Source of the DNA: an uncultured Planctomycetia bacterium
GTDB taxonomy: Bacteria > Omnitrophota > Gorgyraeia > Tantalellales > Tantalellaceae
Length of the DNA: 64,000 bases
Assembly: GCA_964431495.1 (NCBI GenBank)
Contig: CAYSJU010000009.1
Span: forward strand, 7,205-71,204
Direction: 5' to 3'
Shown here: positions 47,230 to 56,346 of the stretch, piece after piece
How positions within the stretch are numbered: the first letter of the stretch is position 1
Layout of the letters: each line of letters starts with the position of its first letter
Program-made: the position numbers and the translations under genes
The notes under the pieces: generated by a model
Told to the model about the DNA's origin: nothing
What the model saw: the letters and a program-made list of their open reading frames with translations, nothing else
Database searches by the model: none

Positions 47230-48359
47230 AGAAGATCCTTATTCTTTACTCAACAGGAGGCATGGGGCACAAAAAAGCGGCGGTCGCGATACTGAAGGCT
47301 TTCCAGAAAAAAGCAGGCGGGGACATAGAGGTAAAGAACATAGACACGCTTGATTACGGGAACAGTTTTTACAGGTTCCTTTACATTAATTTTTATGTTT
47401 TCATGATGACCCGCGGCAGATGGCTCTGGGGCATCCTGTACCATCTCTCCAATAACCGTATTGCGGATAGTATGCTGCGCAGGGTCCGCCAGTCCCTGGA
47501 CTTGAAGAACCTGATAGGTTTTGAGGACATGCTTTTAAAGGAGAGGCCCGACGCGATAGTTACGACGCATTTTATACTTCCGGGAATTGCGGGCGCGATA
47601 AAGAGGTACAAGGATTTCGATCCGAGGCTGTACGTGGTAATAACCGATTATGGGCCGCATTCCTTCTGGCTGTCGGATCATATAGACAAGTTCTTTATCG
47701 GGGCGGAAGCAGTGTTGCCTGAACTCGTGAAAAGGGGGATACCGGAGGAGAAGGTAGCCGTTACCGGGATCCCGACGGTCGAGGAATTTTCCAGGGAGTT
47801 TGACGTCGATGAGTTGCGCAGGACCTATGGTCTGGACGCGGGCAAAAGCACTATATTTATTTTAAGCGGTGGGTTCGGGGTCGGCCCCCTGGAGTCTATC
47901 CTGCTTTCGCTGTGTTCCTGCCGTCCCGACATACAGGTGATGATCGTCTGTGGGCACAATAAAAGAGCGTTTGATAATATCAGCCTGTTAAAGGAAAAGC
48001 TGAACTACCCGGTGAAGCTTTTCGGGTTCACGGATAAGGTCCCCGAGCTTATGGCCGCCTCGGACCTCATGATAACCAAGGCCGGCGGCATAAGCGTTAC
48101 AGAGGCGTTGAATATGCGGCTTCCCATGATATTGTTCGAGTCGATCCCCGGGCAGGAAACATGGAACGAAGAGCTCCTGCTCAGAGCCGGTGCGGCGGAA
48201 AGAGCCGGCAGCATGAAGGAAATACCCGATCTGGTAAACCGTTTGCTTTTGTCAGCGGAGGCTTATAATTCGGTCAAGGCCGGGATCGATAAGATCCGCC
48301 GCCCCCGCGCCGCGGAGACGATCGTAGACGTGGTGTTAAAGGAGCTGGGAGAGGTCTAG
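47226..48359 (+). CDS. GT28 MGDG-synthase/UgtP-like diacylglycerol glycosyltransferase
   Basis: MKKILILYSTGGMGHKKAA N-terminus is typical of the MGDG_synth domain. ITKAGGISVTEAL...PGQE. ATGA overlap with gmhB. Confidence 0.75.
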   Translation: MKKILILYSTGGMGHKKAAVAILKAFQKKAGGDIEVKNIDTLDYGNSFYRFLYINFYVFMMTRGRWLWGILYHLSNNRIADSMLRRVRQSLDLKNLIGFEDMLLKERPDAIVTTHFILPGIAGAIKRYKDFDPRLYVVITDYGPHSFWLSDHIDKFFIGAEAVLPELVKRGIPEEKVAVTGIPTVEEFSREFDVDELRRTYGLDAGKSTIFILSGGFGVGPLESILLSLCSCRPDIQVMIVCGHNKRAFDNISLLKEKLNYPVKLFGFTDKVPELMAASDLMITKAGGISVTEALNMRLPMILFESIPGQETWNEELLLRAGAAERAGSMKEIPDLVNRLLLSAEAYNSVKAGIDKIRRPRAAETIVDVVLKELGEV

Positions 48360-48446
48360 GCGGTGATTTATCCGCCCTGACGCAGGGGCTCGATTTATCG
48401 GGCCCAAGAATAATACGTGATTTGATTTATTAAACCCTGAATCATA

Positions 48447-49157
48447 ATGAATAACGAGATCCGAGAAATAATCGAGGGATTAAAGTTAGCGATCGAATCC
48501 GAGAAATTGGCGGGTAATGACGAGATATGTTTTCCGGAAAAAAGGAAGGAAGAAAACGTGCCCGGGGAAAAGGAATTAAAGACGCTTGAGAAAGAGGTGC
48601 TGAATTGCCGCCGGTGTCCGCTCTCCAAGACCAGGACAAACGTTGTGTTCGGCGAAGGCGATCCCAATGCGAAACTGATGTTCGTAGGAGAAGCTCCCGG
48701 AGCTGATGAAGACATACAGGGGCGGCCATTTGTCGGCCGGGCCGGGCAGTTGCTGACAAAGATCATAGGATCCATAGGGCTGAAGCGGGAGGATGTTTTC
48801 ATAGGGAATATCCTGAAGTGCCGTCCTCCGGGTAACAGGAACCCATTGCCGGCCGAGATCGCGGTCTGTAAGGCTTATCTTGAGGAGCAGATCGATCTTA
48901 TACGACCCGAAGTTATCTGCGCGCTCGGAAAGTTCGCGGCCCAGACCCTTTTGAACACCGAGACGCCCATAAGCAGGCTGCGCGGGAAGTTCTATGATTA
49001 CCGGGGAGTCAAACTCATGCCCACCTACCACCCAGCGTATCTTTTGCGCAATCCTGATGGCAAGGGGGCCGTGTGGGAGGATATGAAGTTGGTGGCCAGG
49101 GAATTGGGCCTGAAGATCCCACGGGGACGCAGGGACTCAGGTAGGGGTGTGGGGTAA
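48447..49157 (+). CDS. Family-4 uracil-DNA glycosylase (Fe-S type)
   Basis: CRRCPL, FVGEAPGADEDIQGRPFVGRAGQLL, HPAYLLRNP. About 50-aa N-terminal extension. Confidence 0.85.
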   Translation: MNNEIREIIEGLKLAIESEKLAGNDEICFPEKRKEENVPGEKELKTLEKEVLNCRRCPLSKTRTNVVFGEGDPNAKLMFVGEAPGADEDIQGRPFVGRAGQLLTKIIGSIGLKREDVFIGNILKCRPPGNRNPLPAEIAVCKAYLEEQIDLIRPEVICALGKFAAQTLLNTETPISRLRGKFYDYRGVKLMPTYHPAYLLRNPDGKGAVWEDMKLVARELGLKIPRGRRDSGRGVG

Positions 49158-49168
49158 AACGGTGTATA

Positions 49169-49313
49169 GGCACAAATGGGATGTTTCTACCAGAGGATTA
49201 AAACTTCTATTTCGGTGATATGTAAAAGAAAATTAGTTTTTCCAAGGTCGGCCGCATGGTGGTATTAATGAGTTAGGACGTCAATCCTCTGTACGAAACA
49301 CCCCATTTGTGCC
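49169..49313. repeat. 145-bp element bounded by ~31-bp imperfect inverted repeats (MITE-like or long-hairpin RNA)
   Basis: GGCACAAATGGGATGTTTCTACCAGAGGATT (49169-49199) against the reverse complement of AATCCTCTGTACGAAACACCCCATTTGTGCC (49283-49313). One mismatch plus two 1-nt bulges. 83-nt AT-rich interior. Confidence 0.6.
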
Positions 49314-49507
49314 CCTGCTCCATTATAGAGGGGCGGGGCCGACAGCTGAAAGGCCGAGTCGAGGAATCTAAGCTAGTGGATCAAGGTATCGGGACACCAG
49401 GGTGCAGGATACCAGGGTATCAGGGAAAAAAGGCGCAGAGAGATGCTGGATGCTAGATGAAAATCCATGCCCTGCTCAAACCAGTTCAAACATGCTTGGA
49501 GTTTAAC

Positions 49508-51499
49508 ATGGCTGAATATGTAGAAGTTGCGACGAGTTTGCCCATTGACCGGACCTTTCAGTATAAGGTGACGGGGAAGGAGCAGTATGCCCCTGAAGTG
49601 GGGAAGCGGGTTTTCATCCCTTTCCGCAACAAGAAGCGCGTGGGGTATATCGCGGAACTGGAAGACGAACCAATGGTCGAAGACCCCAGGCCCCTTATTG
49701 ACGTGATCGACGAGTATCCTGTCTTTACGCCGGAAATGATAGCTCTGGCAAGATGGATGAAGGACTATTATCTGTGTTCATGGGGCGAGGCCCTGGAAGC
49801 CATGATACCCGGGGCGCTGAAAAGGGGAAAAACCTCCATGGTTTCCCGTATCGAGGAAAAGAGGGAGGTTGTAGCGTCCACTGAACCGCACAAACCGAAC
49901 AGGGAACAGGCCATAGTCCTGAAAGACGTCAATAAATGTATTGATGAAGGCAGGCACGAGGTCTTTCTGCTTCACGGCATTACCGGAAGCGGTAAGACAG
50001 AGATATACCTCCAGGCAATGGACCATGTCCTTGAAACAGGACGATCCGGGGTAGTGCTGGTGCCGGAAATATCACTCACGCCCCAGACCGTTGAGCGCTT
50101 CACCTCGAGGTTCGGGGATAAAGTAGCGGTATTCCATTCAAAGATGCTGCAAAGCGCCAGGTTCAAAGAATGGAAAAGGATCAGGGACGGAGAAGCGCGG
50201 ATAGTGGTCGGACCCCGTTCCGCTGTTTTCAGTCCGTTCAAGGACCCGGGGATATTCATCGTGGACGAAGAGCATGAGCCGAGTTATAAACAGGAAGACG
50301 TGCCGAGGTATCATGCCCGCGAGGTTGCTATAAAGAGAGCCCGGATAGCGGGTGCGCCTGTTATTCTCGGCAGTGCGACGCCGTCTCTGGAGTCATATTA
50401 CAAGGCCGTGCACGGAGAATATCATCTTGTGGAACTGACCCAGAGGATCAAGGAAAAAAAGCTTCCCAGGGTCAAGCTTGTTGACATGAGGATGGAGTTT
50501 GATACACGAGTGGGAAGAGAGGTCATATCCCATGTCATGGCAGAAGCTTTGTCCGGTGATATCAAAAAAAAGCAGCAAGCCCTTATTTTTCTGAACCGGA
50601 GAGGGTTTTCGACCTTTGTGAACTGCCGGAAGTGCGGGTTCGTGATCAAATGCTCCAAGTGCGATTCACCCATGGTGTTCCATCATGAGAAGAATGAGCT
50701 CATATGTCATTACTGCAACAGGAGGACCCCTCCTCCCAGGCTCTGCCCTGCCTGCGAAGAGGATTACCTGATGTATAAGGGGACAGGGACGCAGAAGGTG
50801 GAGTCTGAATTAAAACAGATACTGCCTGGAGCGAGGATCTCCCGGATGGACAGTGATACAATGGCGAAAAGAGGGGCGCACGCCAAAGTGTTGAAGGATT
50901 TCAAGGACCATAAGATAGACATAATCGTCGGTACCCAGATGATAGCCAAGGGGCTGGATTTTCCCAGGGTCACGCAGGTGGGCGTTGTTTCGGCTGATGC
51001 AAACCTGAACCTGCCAGACTTTCGTTCCGGGGAACGGACGTTTAACCTTATTACCCAGGTCGCGGGCCGCGCCGGAAGAGGGGATCTGGTGGGAGAGGTC
51101 ATCGTGCAGACGTATACACCGGAGCATTACGCGGTAGGCCTGGCTGCCAAGCATGATTATCGAGCTTTCTATAAAAAAGAAATAGAAGCCCGGCGCGAAC
51201 TGGAGTTCCCTCCTTTTGTCAATCTAATAAAGATGACATTGAGGGCCAGGAAGGAAGACAACGTGATGAAGAGCGCCGAACGCCTCGCGAAACGGCTTTT
51301 AAAGAAATTTCCGGAGGAGAGCATCATCGGGCCGGCCCCATCGCCCATGGCCAGGCTGCGGGGTTATTACCGGTGGAATATTCTTATCAAGACAAAAGAC
51401 CTGGGCAAGACGACTAAAGACTTGCGTAAGGTTTTAAGAGGCTTTTCTAAAGGGACCGGTGTGCTCATGGCCGTTGACGTTGATCCCATGAGCATGTGA
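49508..51499 (+). CDS. priA: Primosomal protein N' (replication restart helicase)
   Basis: LLHGITGSGKTE (Walker A), VDEEHE, Zn-finger array CRKCGFVIKCSKCDSPMVFH...CHYC...CPAC. GGAG RBS 6 nt before ATG 49508. Confidence 0.9.
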   Translation: MAEYVEVATSLPIDRTFQYKVTGKEQYAPEVGKRVFIPFRNKKRVGYIAELEDEPMVEDPRPLIDVIDEYPVFTPEMIALARWMKDYYLCSWGEALEAMIPGALKRGKTSMVSRIEEKREVVASTEPHKPNREQAIVLKDVNKCIDEGRHEVFLLHGITGSGKTEIYLQAMDHVLETGRSGVVLVPEISLTPQTVERFTSRFGDKVAVFHSKMLQSARFKEWKRIRDGEARIVVGPRSAVFSPFKDPGIFIVDEEHEPSYKQEDVPRYHAREVAIKRARIAGAPVILGSATPSLESYYKAVHGEYHLVELTQRIKEKKLPRVKLVDMRMEFDTRVGREVISHVMAEALSGDIKKKQQALIFLNRRGFSTFVNCRKCGFVIKCSKCDSPMVFHHEKNELICHYCNRRTPPPRLCPACEEDYLMYKGTGTQKVESELKQILPGARISRMDSDTMAKRGAHAKVLKDFKDHKIDIIVGTQMIAKGLDFPRVTQVGVVSADANLNLPDFRSGERTFNLITQVAGRAGRGDLVGEVIVQTYTPEHYAVGLAAKHDYRAFYKKEIEARRELEFPPFVNLIKMTLRARKEDNVMKSAERLAKRLLKKFPEESIIGPAPSPMARLRGYYRWNILIKTKDLGKTTKDLRKVLRGFSKGTGVLMAVDVDPMSM

Positions 51500-51512
51500 A
51501 GGAGATGTGATT

Positions 51513-52448
51513 ATGAAAATTATTTTTTTTGGAACAGGAAAGTTCGGTTTGCCAACGCTGAAGAAGCTGCTGCAAAGCCGGCATGATGTCCTGGCAGTGG
51601 TGACCCAGCCAGACGCCAGCAAGGGGCGCGGTTGGAACGTGTTTCCCACTTCGGTAAAAGCGTTCATAGAAAAAGCGGCCCCTGATATTGAGGTGCTTCA
51701 GCCTTCAGAAGTATCGGATCCGGTATTCATCGGACACATAAGGTCAATAGACGCGGATGTATTTGTGGTAGTTGATTACGGCCAGATTTTGGATAAGCAG
51801 CTACTGGAACTTCCGAAAGAATACAGCGTAAATCTTCACCCCTCGCTTTTACCCGCGTACCGCGGCGCAGCGCCCGTGAACCGGGCAATATTGAACGGGG
51901 ACAGGGAGACGGGTAATACCGTGATAAAGATGACGGAAAAAATGGATGCCGGTGCTATAATCGCCCAGGAGAAAACGTTGATAGGCGACGAGGAGAACGC
52001 CCCCGAACTTATTGAACGGCTTGCGAAAAGCGGAGCCGACCTTTTGTTGAAGACCCTCGATCTGATCGGATCAGGAAAGGCGCGGCCAATATCACAGGAC
52101 GAAGCAGATGTTTCTTACGCTCCCAAGCTTCAGAAAAAAGAAGGAAAGATAGACTGGGGAACCCCCGCCTCTGATCTTGCGCGCAAAATAAGGGCCATGC
52201 AGCCCTGGCCGGGCGCTTTCACTTTGATCGACGGAAAGGTGCTGAAAATATTCAAAACCTGTGTAATTGCCTCGGGTGAAGAAGAGGGAACACCCGGCAC
52301 GGTCATAGACGAGAACGAATTTGTCGTAAAAGCCGGTAGAGACGCTTTGCGTATAGACGTACTCCAGATCGAAGGTAAAAGAAAAATGCCCAGGGATGAG
52401 TTCCTCAGGGGACAGAAGGTCACAAAGGGAAAAGTACTGGGAGTTTGA
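51513..52448 (+). CDS. fmt: Methionyl-tRNA formyltransferase
   Basis: MKIIFFGTGKFGLPTL, NLHPSLLPAYRGAAP, MDAGAII. Confidence 0.9.
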   Translation: MKIIFFGTGKFGLPTLKKLLQSRHDVLAVVTQPDASKGRGWNVFPTSVKAFIEKAAPDIEVLQPSEVSDPVFIGHIRSIDADVFVVVDYGQILDKQLLELPKEYSVNLHPSLLPAYRGAAPVNRAILNGDRETGNTVIKMTEKMDAGAIIAQEKTLIGDEENAPELIERLAKSGADLLLKTLDLIGSGKARPISQDEADVSYAPKLQKKEGKIDWGTPASDLARKIRAMQPWPGAFTLIDGKVLKIFKTCVIASGEEEGTPGTVIDENEFVVKAGRDALRIDVLQIEGKRKMPRDEFLRGQKVTKGKVLGV

Positions 52449-52506
52449 TTTTCTAAAAACAGATCCCCGCCGGGATGACATCCCCCCCGTGATATGTATT
52501 TTTTTA

Positions 52507-52535
52507 TTGCATATTTTTTTTCATGAGTATATAAT
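52507..52535 (+). promoter_or_regulatory. Candidate sigma70-type promoter for gap
   Basis: TTGCAT (52507-52512), 17-nt spacer, TATAAT (52530-52535). About 90 nt upstream of the gap ATG, which has an AAGGAGG RBS at 52613-52619. Confidence 0.35.
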
Positions 52536-52625
52536 CACTTTTCAATTAGATCATTTTGGGTATCATTGGAAATACCCGTTGGAAGCAGGCGAATTATTTT
52601 TAAATGAATAAGAAGGAGGATCGAA

Positions 52626-53633
52626 ATGGCAGTGAAAATAGGGATCAATGGTTTTGGAAGAATAGGGAGAATGGTATTCAGGATAATCGAAAAAAGGGAC
52701 GACATGCAAGTTGTTTCCATCAATGATCTTACCGATGCTAAGACCCTGGCCCATCTATTGAAATACGATTCGGTTCACGGGAAGTTTGACGGAACCGTGG
52801 AGGCCAAGGACAGCAGCATCGTGGTGGACGGCAGGGAGGTCCAGATCACGAGCGTCAAAAGTCCCACTGAGCTGGGATGGGGTAAACTGGGAGTCGATAT
52901 AGTACTGGAGGCAACCGGCGTTTTCAGGAAGAAAGCGCAGATAGAACAGCATATCCAGGCCGGGGCGAAAAAGGTGCTCCTCACGGTCCCCGCGAAAGAT
53001 GAGATAGACAACATGATAGTCATGGGCGTTAATGAGGATGCATTAAAAGAATCTGATAAGATCGTTTCCAACGCGTCATGTACTACCAACTGTCTGGCCC
53101 CGATGGTAAAAGTCCTGAACGATACTTTTAAGCTCAAATACGGTCTTATGACCACTGTCCACGCGTACACGAATGACCAGAGGATACTGGACCTTCCGCA
53201 CAGTGACCTGAGAAGGGCGAGGGCCGCGGCGGAAAGCACGATCCCGACCACGACCGGCGCGGCTAAGGCGGCCGGTAAGGTCATTCCGGAATTAGCAGGC
53301 AAACTTAATGGTATGGCCATGAGGGTTCCGGTAAAAGACGGTTCTATCGTGGATTTTGTGGCGGAAGTCGAAAAGGAAGCTACGATCGAGGCGATAAATG
53401 AAGCCATGAAACAGGCCGCGCAGGGTCCAATGAAAGGGATCATGGAATATACCGATGAGCCGATAGTATCGGTCGATATTATCGGGAACACACATTCCTG
53501 TATATTCGATTCCCTTTGCACGATGACCATGGGTAAGACAATGGTAAAGGTCATCGGCTGGTATGACAATGAATTCGGATATTCCTGCAGGGTGGTGGAC
53601 CTTATGGGGCTTCTCATAAAAAAGGGCCTGTAG
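52626..53633 (+). CDS. gap: Glyceraldehyde-3-phosphate dehydrogenase, type I
   Basis: KIGINGFGRIGR, SNASCTTNCLAP active site, WYDNEFGYS. Confidence 0.95.
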   Translation: MAVKIGINGFGRIGRMVFRIIEKRDDMQVVSINDLTDAKTLAHLLKYDSVHGKFDGTVEAKDSSIVVDGREVQITSVKSPTELGWGKLGVDIVLEATGVFRKKAQIEQHIQAGAKKVLLTVPAKDEIDNMIVMGVNEDALKESDKIVSNASCTTNCLAPMVKVLNDTFKLKYGLMTTVHAYTNDQRILDLPHSDLRRARAAAESTIPTTTGAAKAAGKVIPELAGKLNGMAMRVPVKDGSIVDFVAEVEKEATIEAINEAMKQAAQGPMKGIMEYTDEPIVSVDIIGNTHSCIFDSLCTMTMGKTMVKVIGWYDNEFGYSCRVVDLMGLLIKKGL

Positions 53634-53695
53634 AACCAATTACATTATGTTATGGGCAATGGGTATACTTTTCGGTGTAAAATAAACGTAGTTGT

Positions 53696-53759
53696 AGGCC
53701 ACCCTTAAGGGTGGCCTGCTACGAGTAATCAGAAAAATAGGTGTCTGTCCCTATTTTTC
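53696..53759 (+). terminator. Two stem-loops downstream of gap (candidate intrinsic terminator)
   Basis: AGGCCACCC-TTAA-GGGTGGCCT (53696-53717, 9-bp GC-rich stem). Then GAAAAATAGG / CCTATTTTTC (53732-53741 / 53750-53759), running into a T-rich tract. Confidence 0.4.
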
Positions 53760-53838
53760 CTATTTTTCTAAGGATCCCGCCCGATAAATTAATCAAAAGT
53801 TAACTTAAAATTAACACAGCTGACACGTAAAAAATCCG

Positions 53839-53867
53839 TTGCCTTATGTCCTGATTTATGTTATATA
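53839..53867 (+). promoter_or_regulatory. Candidate sigma70-type promoter for pgk-tpiA-secG
   Basis: TTGCCT (53839-53844), 17-nt spacer, TATATA (53862-53867). Confidence 0.3.
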
Positions 53868-53937
53868 TAGTCACTTATTGGACATGGACACGGCAGGCAA
53901 TATGCCGGTATCCCTGCTCTAACCACGGAGGTAAGGT

Positions 53938-55116
53938 ATGAAAAAGAGCGTTACGGATATTCAGGTCAAAGGCAAAAGGGTCTTGATGCGTGCTGATTTT
54001 AACGTCCCTCTGGGAGAAAAATTCAATATCACCGATGACAGCCGCATTACAGCAGCTATTCCGACCATAAAATATATAATAGATAACGGGGGGAAGCTCA
54101 TACTTATGAGCCATCTGGGCCGTCCAAAGGGCGAGGTAAAACCCGAATTCAGTCTGGCGCCTGTTGCCGAAAGGCTTTCTGAACTGCTGAAGAAAAATGT
54201 AAAGAAAATGGATGATTGTGTCGGAGAAGACGTGAGGGAAGCCGTAGCCAGTATGAAGGAAGGTGACGTCATACTTCTCGAGAACCTGAGGTTCCACAAG
54301 GAAGAGACGAAAAATGACCCCGATTTCGCCAAACAGCTTGCTTCTCTCGGAGACGTGTTCGTAGAGGACGCGTTCGGGACATGTCACCGGGCCCATGCTT
54401 CGACCGTGGGGGTAACGGAGTACCTTCCGAGCGTCGCGGGTTTTCTTGTGCAGAAGGAGATAGAATATTTTGAAAAGGTCACCAAAGATCCTGAGCGGCC
54501 GTTTTCCCTGATACTCGGCGGCGCGAAAGTGGCCGACAAGATACCCGTTATAGAGAACATGCTGGACAAGATAGATTTCCTGTTGATAGGCGGGGCAATG
54601 GCATATACGTTTTTGAAGTCCAGGCTTAAAGGCGTGGGAGCGTCCAGGGTAGAGGAGGACATGCTCGATACGGTCCAGAAGATATTCGAATTAGCAAGCG
54701 TGAATAAAGTGGGCATATTCCTGCCAAAAGATCATGTGGTTGCCAGGGAGATGAAGGCGACCGCCAAGCATAAGATAGTGAAGGAACATATACCGGACGG
54801 ATGGATAGGCCTTGATATCGGACCGGAGACCATTAAAAGCTTTGAATCCGTTCTCAAGGATTCAAAGACGATCGTGTGGAACGGTCCTATGGGACTTTTT
54901 GAGATGAAGCCTTTTGCTGCCGGTACGAGGGAAATTGCCGGGTATATAGCCAGGCTTGATGCCACTACGGTCATCGGCGGCGGAGACACGGCTGCCGCTG
55001 TCCACCAGATGGGATTAGCGGATAAGTTGTCGCATATATCCACGGGAGGGGGAGCCTCTCTTGAGTATCTTGAGGGGAAAGAGCTCCCGGGTATCGCGGC
55101 TTTGAACGACAGGTAG
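53938..55116 (+). CDS. pgk: Phosphoglycerate kinase
   Basis: VLMRADFNVP, MSHLGRPKG, GGGDTAAAV, STGGGASLE. Confidence 0.95.
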   Translation: MKKSVTDIQVKGKRVLMRADFNVPLGEKFNITDDSRITAAIPTIKYIIDNGGKLILMSHLGRPKGEVKPEFSLAPVAERLSELLKKNVKKMDDCVGEDVREAVASMKEGDVILLENLRFHKEETKNDPDFAKQLASLGDVFVEDAFGTCHRAHASTVGVTEYLPSVAGFLVQKEIEYFEKVTKDPERPFSLILGGAKVADKIPVIENMLDKIDFLLIGGAMAYTFLKSRLKGVGASRVEEDMLDTVQKIFELASVNKVGIFLPKDHVVAREMKATAKHKIVKEHIPDGWIGLDIGPETIKSFESVLKDSKTIVWNGPMGLFEMKPFAAGTREIAGYIARLDATTVIGGGDTAAAVHQMGLADKLSHISTGGGASLEYLEGKELPGIAALNDR

Positions 55117-55137
55117 GAACGCGAAGAGGAGAAGATA

Positions 55138-55911
55138 ATGAGAAGACCGATCATAGCCGGCAACTGGAAGATGTATAAAAACGTCAACGAAGCGATCGAG
55201 CTGGCGAACAATATCAAGCGGGCCGTGTTTAACGTTGATAACGTGGAGATAGTGATATGCCCTCCTTTTATTGATCTTGGTGATGTCGGTGAGATGCTGG
55301 GAGAGACCAATATAGCCATGGGAGCGCAAAATTGTTACTGGGAAAAGGAAGGGGCGTTTACCGGAGAGATCTCCCCGCAGATGCTGGAAAGCGTGGGATG
55401 CCGGTATGTGATTATCGGTCATTCCGAAAGGCGCAAGTATTTTGGCGAGACAGATGAAACAGTGAACCGCAAGATAAGGGCGGTCTCTGACAGCGGGTTG
55501 ATCCCCATAATGTGCGTCGGCGAAATACTTGAAGAGAGGGAAGCGAACAAGACCCTGGAAGTGGTCAGGACCCAGGTAACGGAAGGGCTCAAAGGGTTTG
55601 ATGAACAATATCTTGAACAGCTTGTCATCGCGTATGAGCCGGTGTGGGCAATAGGAACGGGAAGAACAGCGACACCGGAACAGGCCCAGGAGGTCCAGGC
55701 GGTGATAAGGGGGCTTCTTAGGGAGATGTATTCAGGGCCTTTTTCGCAAAGCAAACGTATTTTATACGGCGGCAGTGTCAAGCCCGAGAACATCGAGGCC
55801 CTTATGAAGGAAGAGGATATAGACGGGGGTCTTATAGGCGGGGCAAGCTTGAAATCGGACAGTTTTATTGATATAATCAAGACAACATCCAGGCTTTATG
55901 CCGAAAAATAA
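55138..55911 (+). CDS. tpiA: Triosephosphate isomerase
   Basis: IIAGNWKMY, IIGHSERR, IAYEPVWAIGTG. Confidence 0.95.
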   Translation: MRRPIIAGNWKMYKNVNEAIELANNIKRAVFNVDNVEIVICPPFIDLGDVGEMLGETNIAMGAQNCYWEKEGAFTGEISPQMLESVGCRYVIIGHSERRKYFGETDETVNRKIRAVSDSGLIPIMCVGEILEEREANKTLEVVRTQVTEGLKGFDEQYLEQLVIAYEPVWAIGTGRTATPEQAQEVQAVIRGLLREMYSGPFSQSKRILYGGSVKPENIEALMKEEDIDGGLIGGASLKSDSFIDIIKTTSRLYAEK

Positions 55912-55922
55912 GGGATAGAAAG

Positions 55923-56303
55923 ATGTATCTTATATTGCTCGTTATTTACGTTATCGTATGCCTTTTCCTGATCGCTGTAATATTGCTTCAGGCGGGAAGA
56001 GGAGGAGGATTGACCGAAGCGTTCGGTGGATCAGCAGAGTCCGTGCTGGGAACACAGGCGTCCACTTTGCTGAAAAGGGCCACAGAGGTCGGGGCCGTGC
56101 TCTTCCTGGTACTTTCGTTAGTGCTGGCCATGGTGACCTCAAGAAGAGGTAGGTCGCTTTTCCGGCACACGAAAATGCCTCAAGCCAGGACAACAGCGCC
56201 GCCTCCCGGTATTACAGAGCCGGTGCCAGAGGCGATTCCGGTCGATGGCGAAATTCAACCAAAGCCCGAAGCACCCACTGGACCAGCTCCTGCAGAAGAA
56301 TAG
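55923..56303 (+). CDS. secG: Preprotein translocase subunit SecG with Pro-rich C-terminal extension
   Basis: LLQAGRGGGL motif between two TM helices. Position after tpiA is a common arrangement. About 45-aa Pro/Ala/Glu-rich tail. Confidence 0.8.
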   Translation: MYLILLVIYVIVCLFLIAVILLQAGRGGGLTEAFGGSAESVLGTQASTLLKRATEVGAVLFLVLSLVLAMVTSRRGRSLFRHTKMPQARTTAPPPGITEPVPEAIPVDGEIQPKPEAPTGPAPAEE

Positions 56304-56346
56304 CCTGCAGCTGAAGAATTACCTCTTCCCACTCCGGAAGAATTCA

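Noticed and set aside
1-48360. Genomic island or mobile origin of the glycan locus
   Set aside because: No integrase, transposase, tRNA attachment site or flanking direct repeats were seen. Codon and GC appearance is similar to the housekeeping half. I did not compute this, so it is only a visual impression.
49169-49313. 6S RNA, tRNA or other known ncRNA in the udg-priA gap
   Set aside because: No tRNA T-loop/D-loop consensus was seen. The interior does not fold into the extended rod with a central bubble expected for 6S RNA. I could not match any Rfam family from memory. It is kept only as an unclassified inverted-repeat element.
28364-49356. Claim that the 28.36-kb and 49.34-kb spacers share a repeat family (AGCTGAAAG...GCCGA)
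   Set aside because: The shared 9-mer plus 5-mer is about what chance predicts when ~1.5 kb of intergenic sequence is compared with itself. It is mentioned only as a lead, not as a feature.
52396-52611. 71-aa + strand ORF bridging the fmt end and the gap promoter region
   Set aside because: It overlaps the fmt 3' end out of frame and runs through AT-rich promoter-like sequence. It has no RBS and no motif, so it is most likely non-coding.
52775-53617. 280-aa minus-strand ORF, plus similar ones at 43614-44267, 53875-54396, 54732-55319, 55015-55608, 57938-58627, 60505-61113 and 61395-62009
   Set aside because: All are antisense to unambiguous housekeeping or GT genes (gap, pgk, tpiA, ABC components, leuC). 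They are Ser/Pro/Leu-rich shadow translations.
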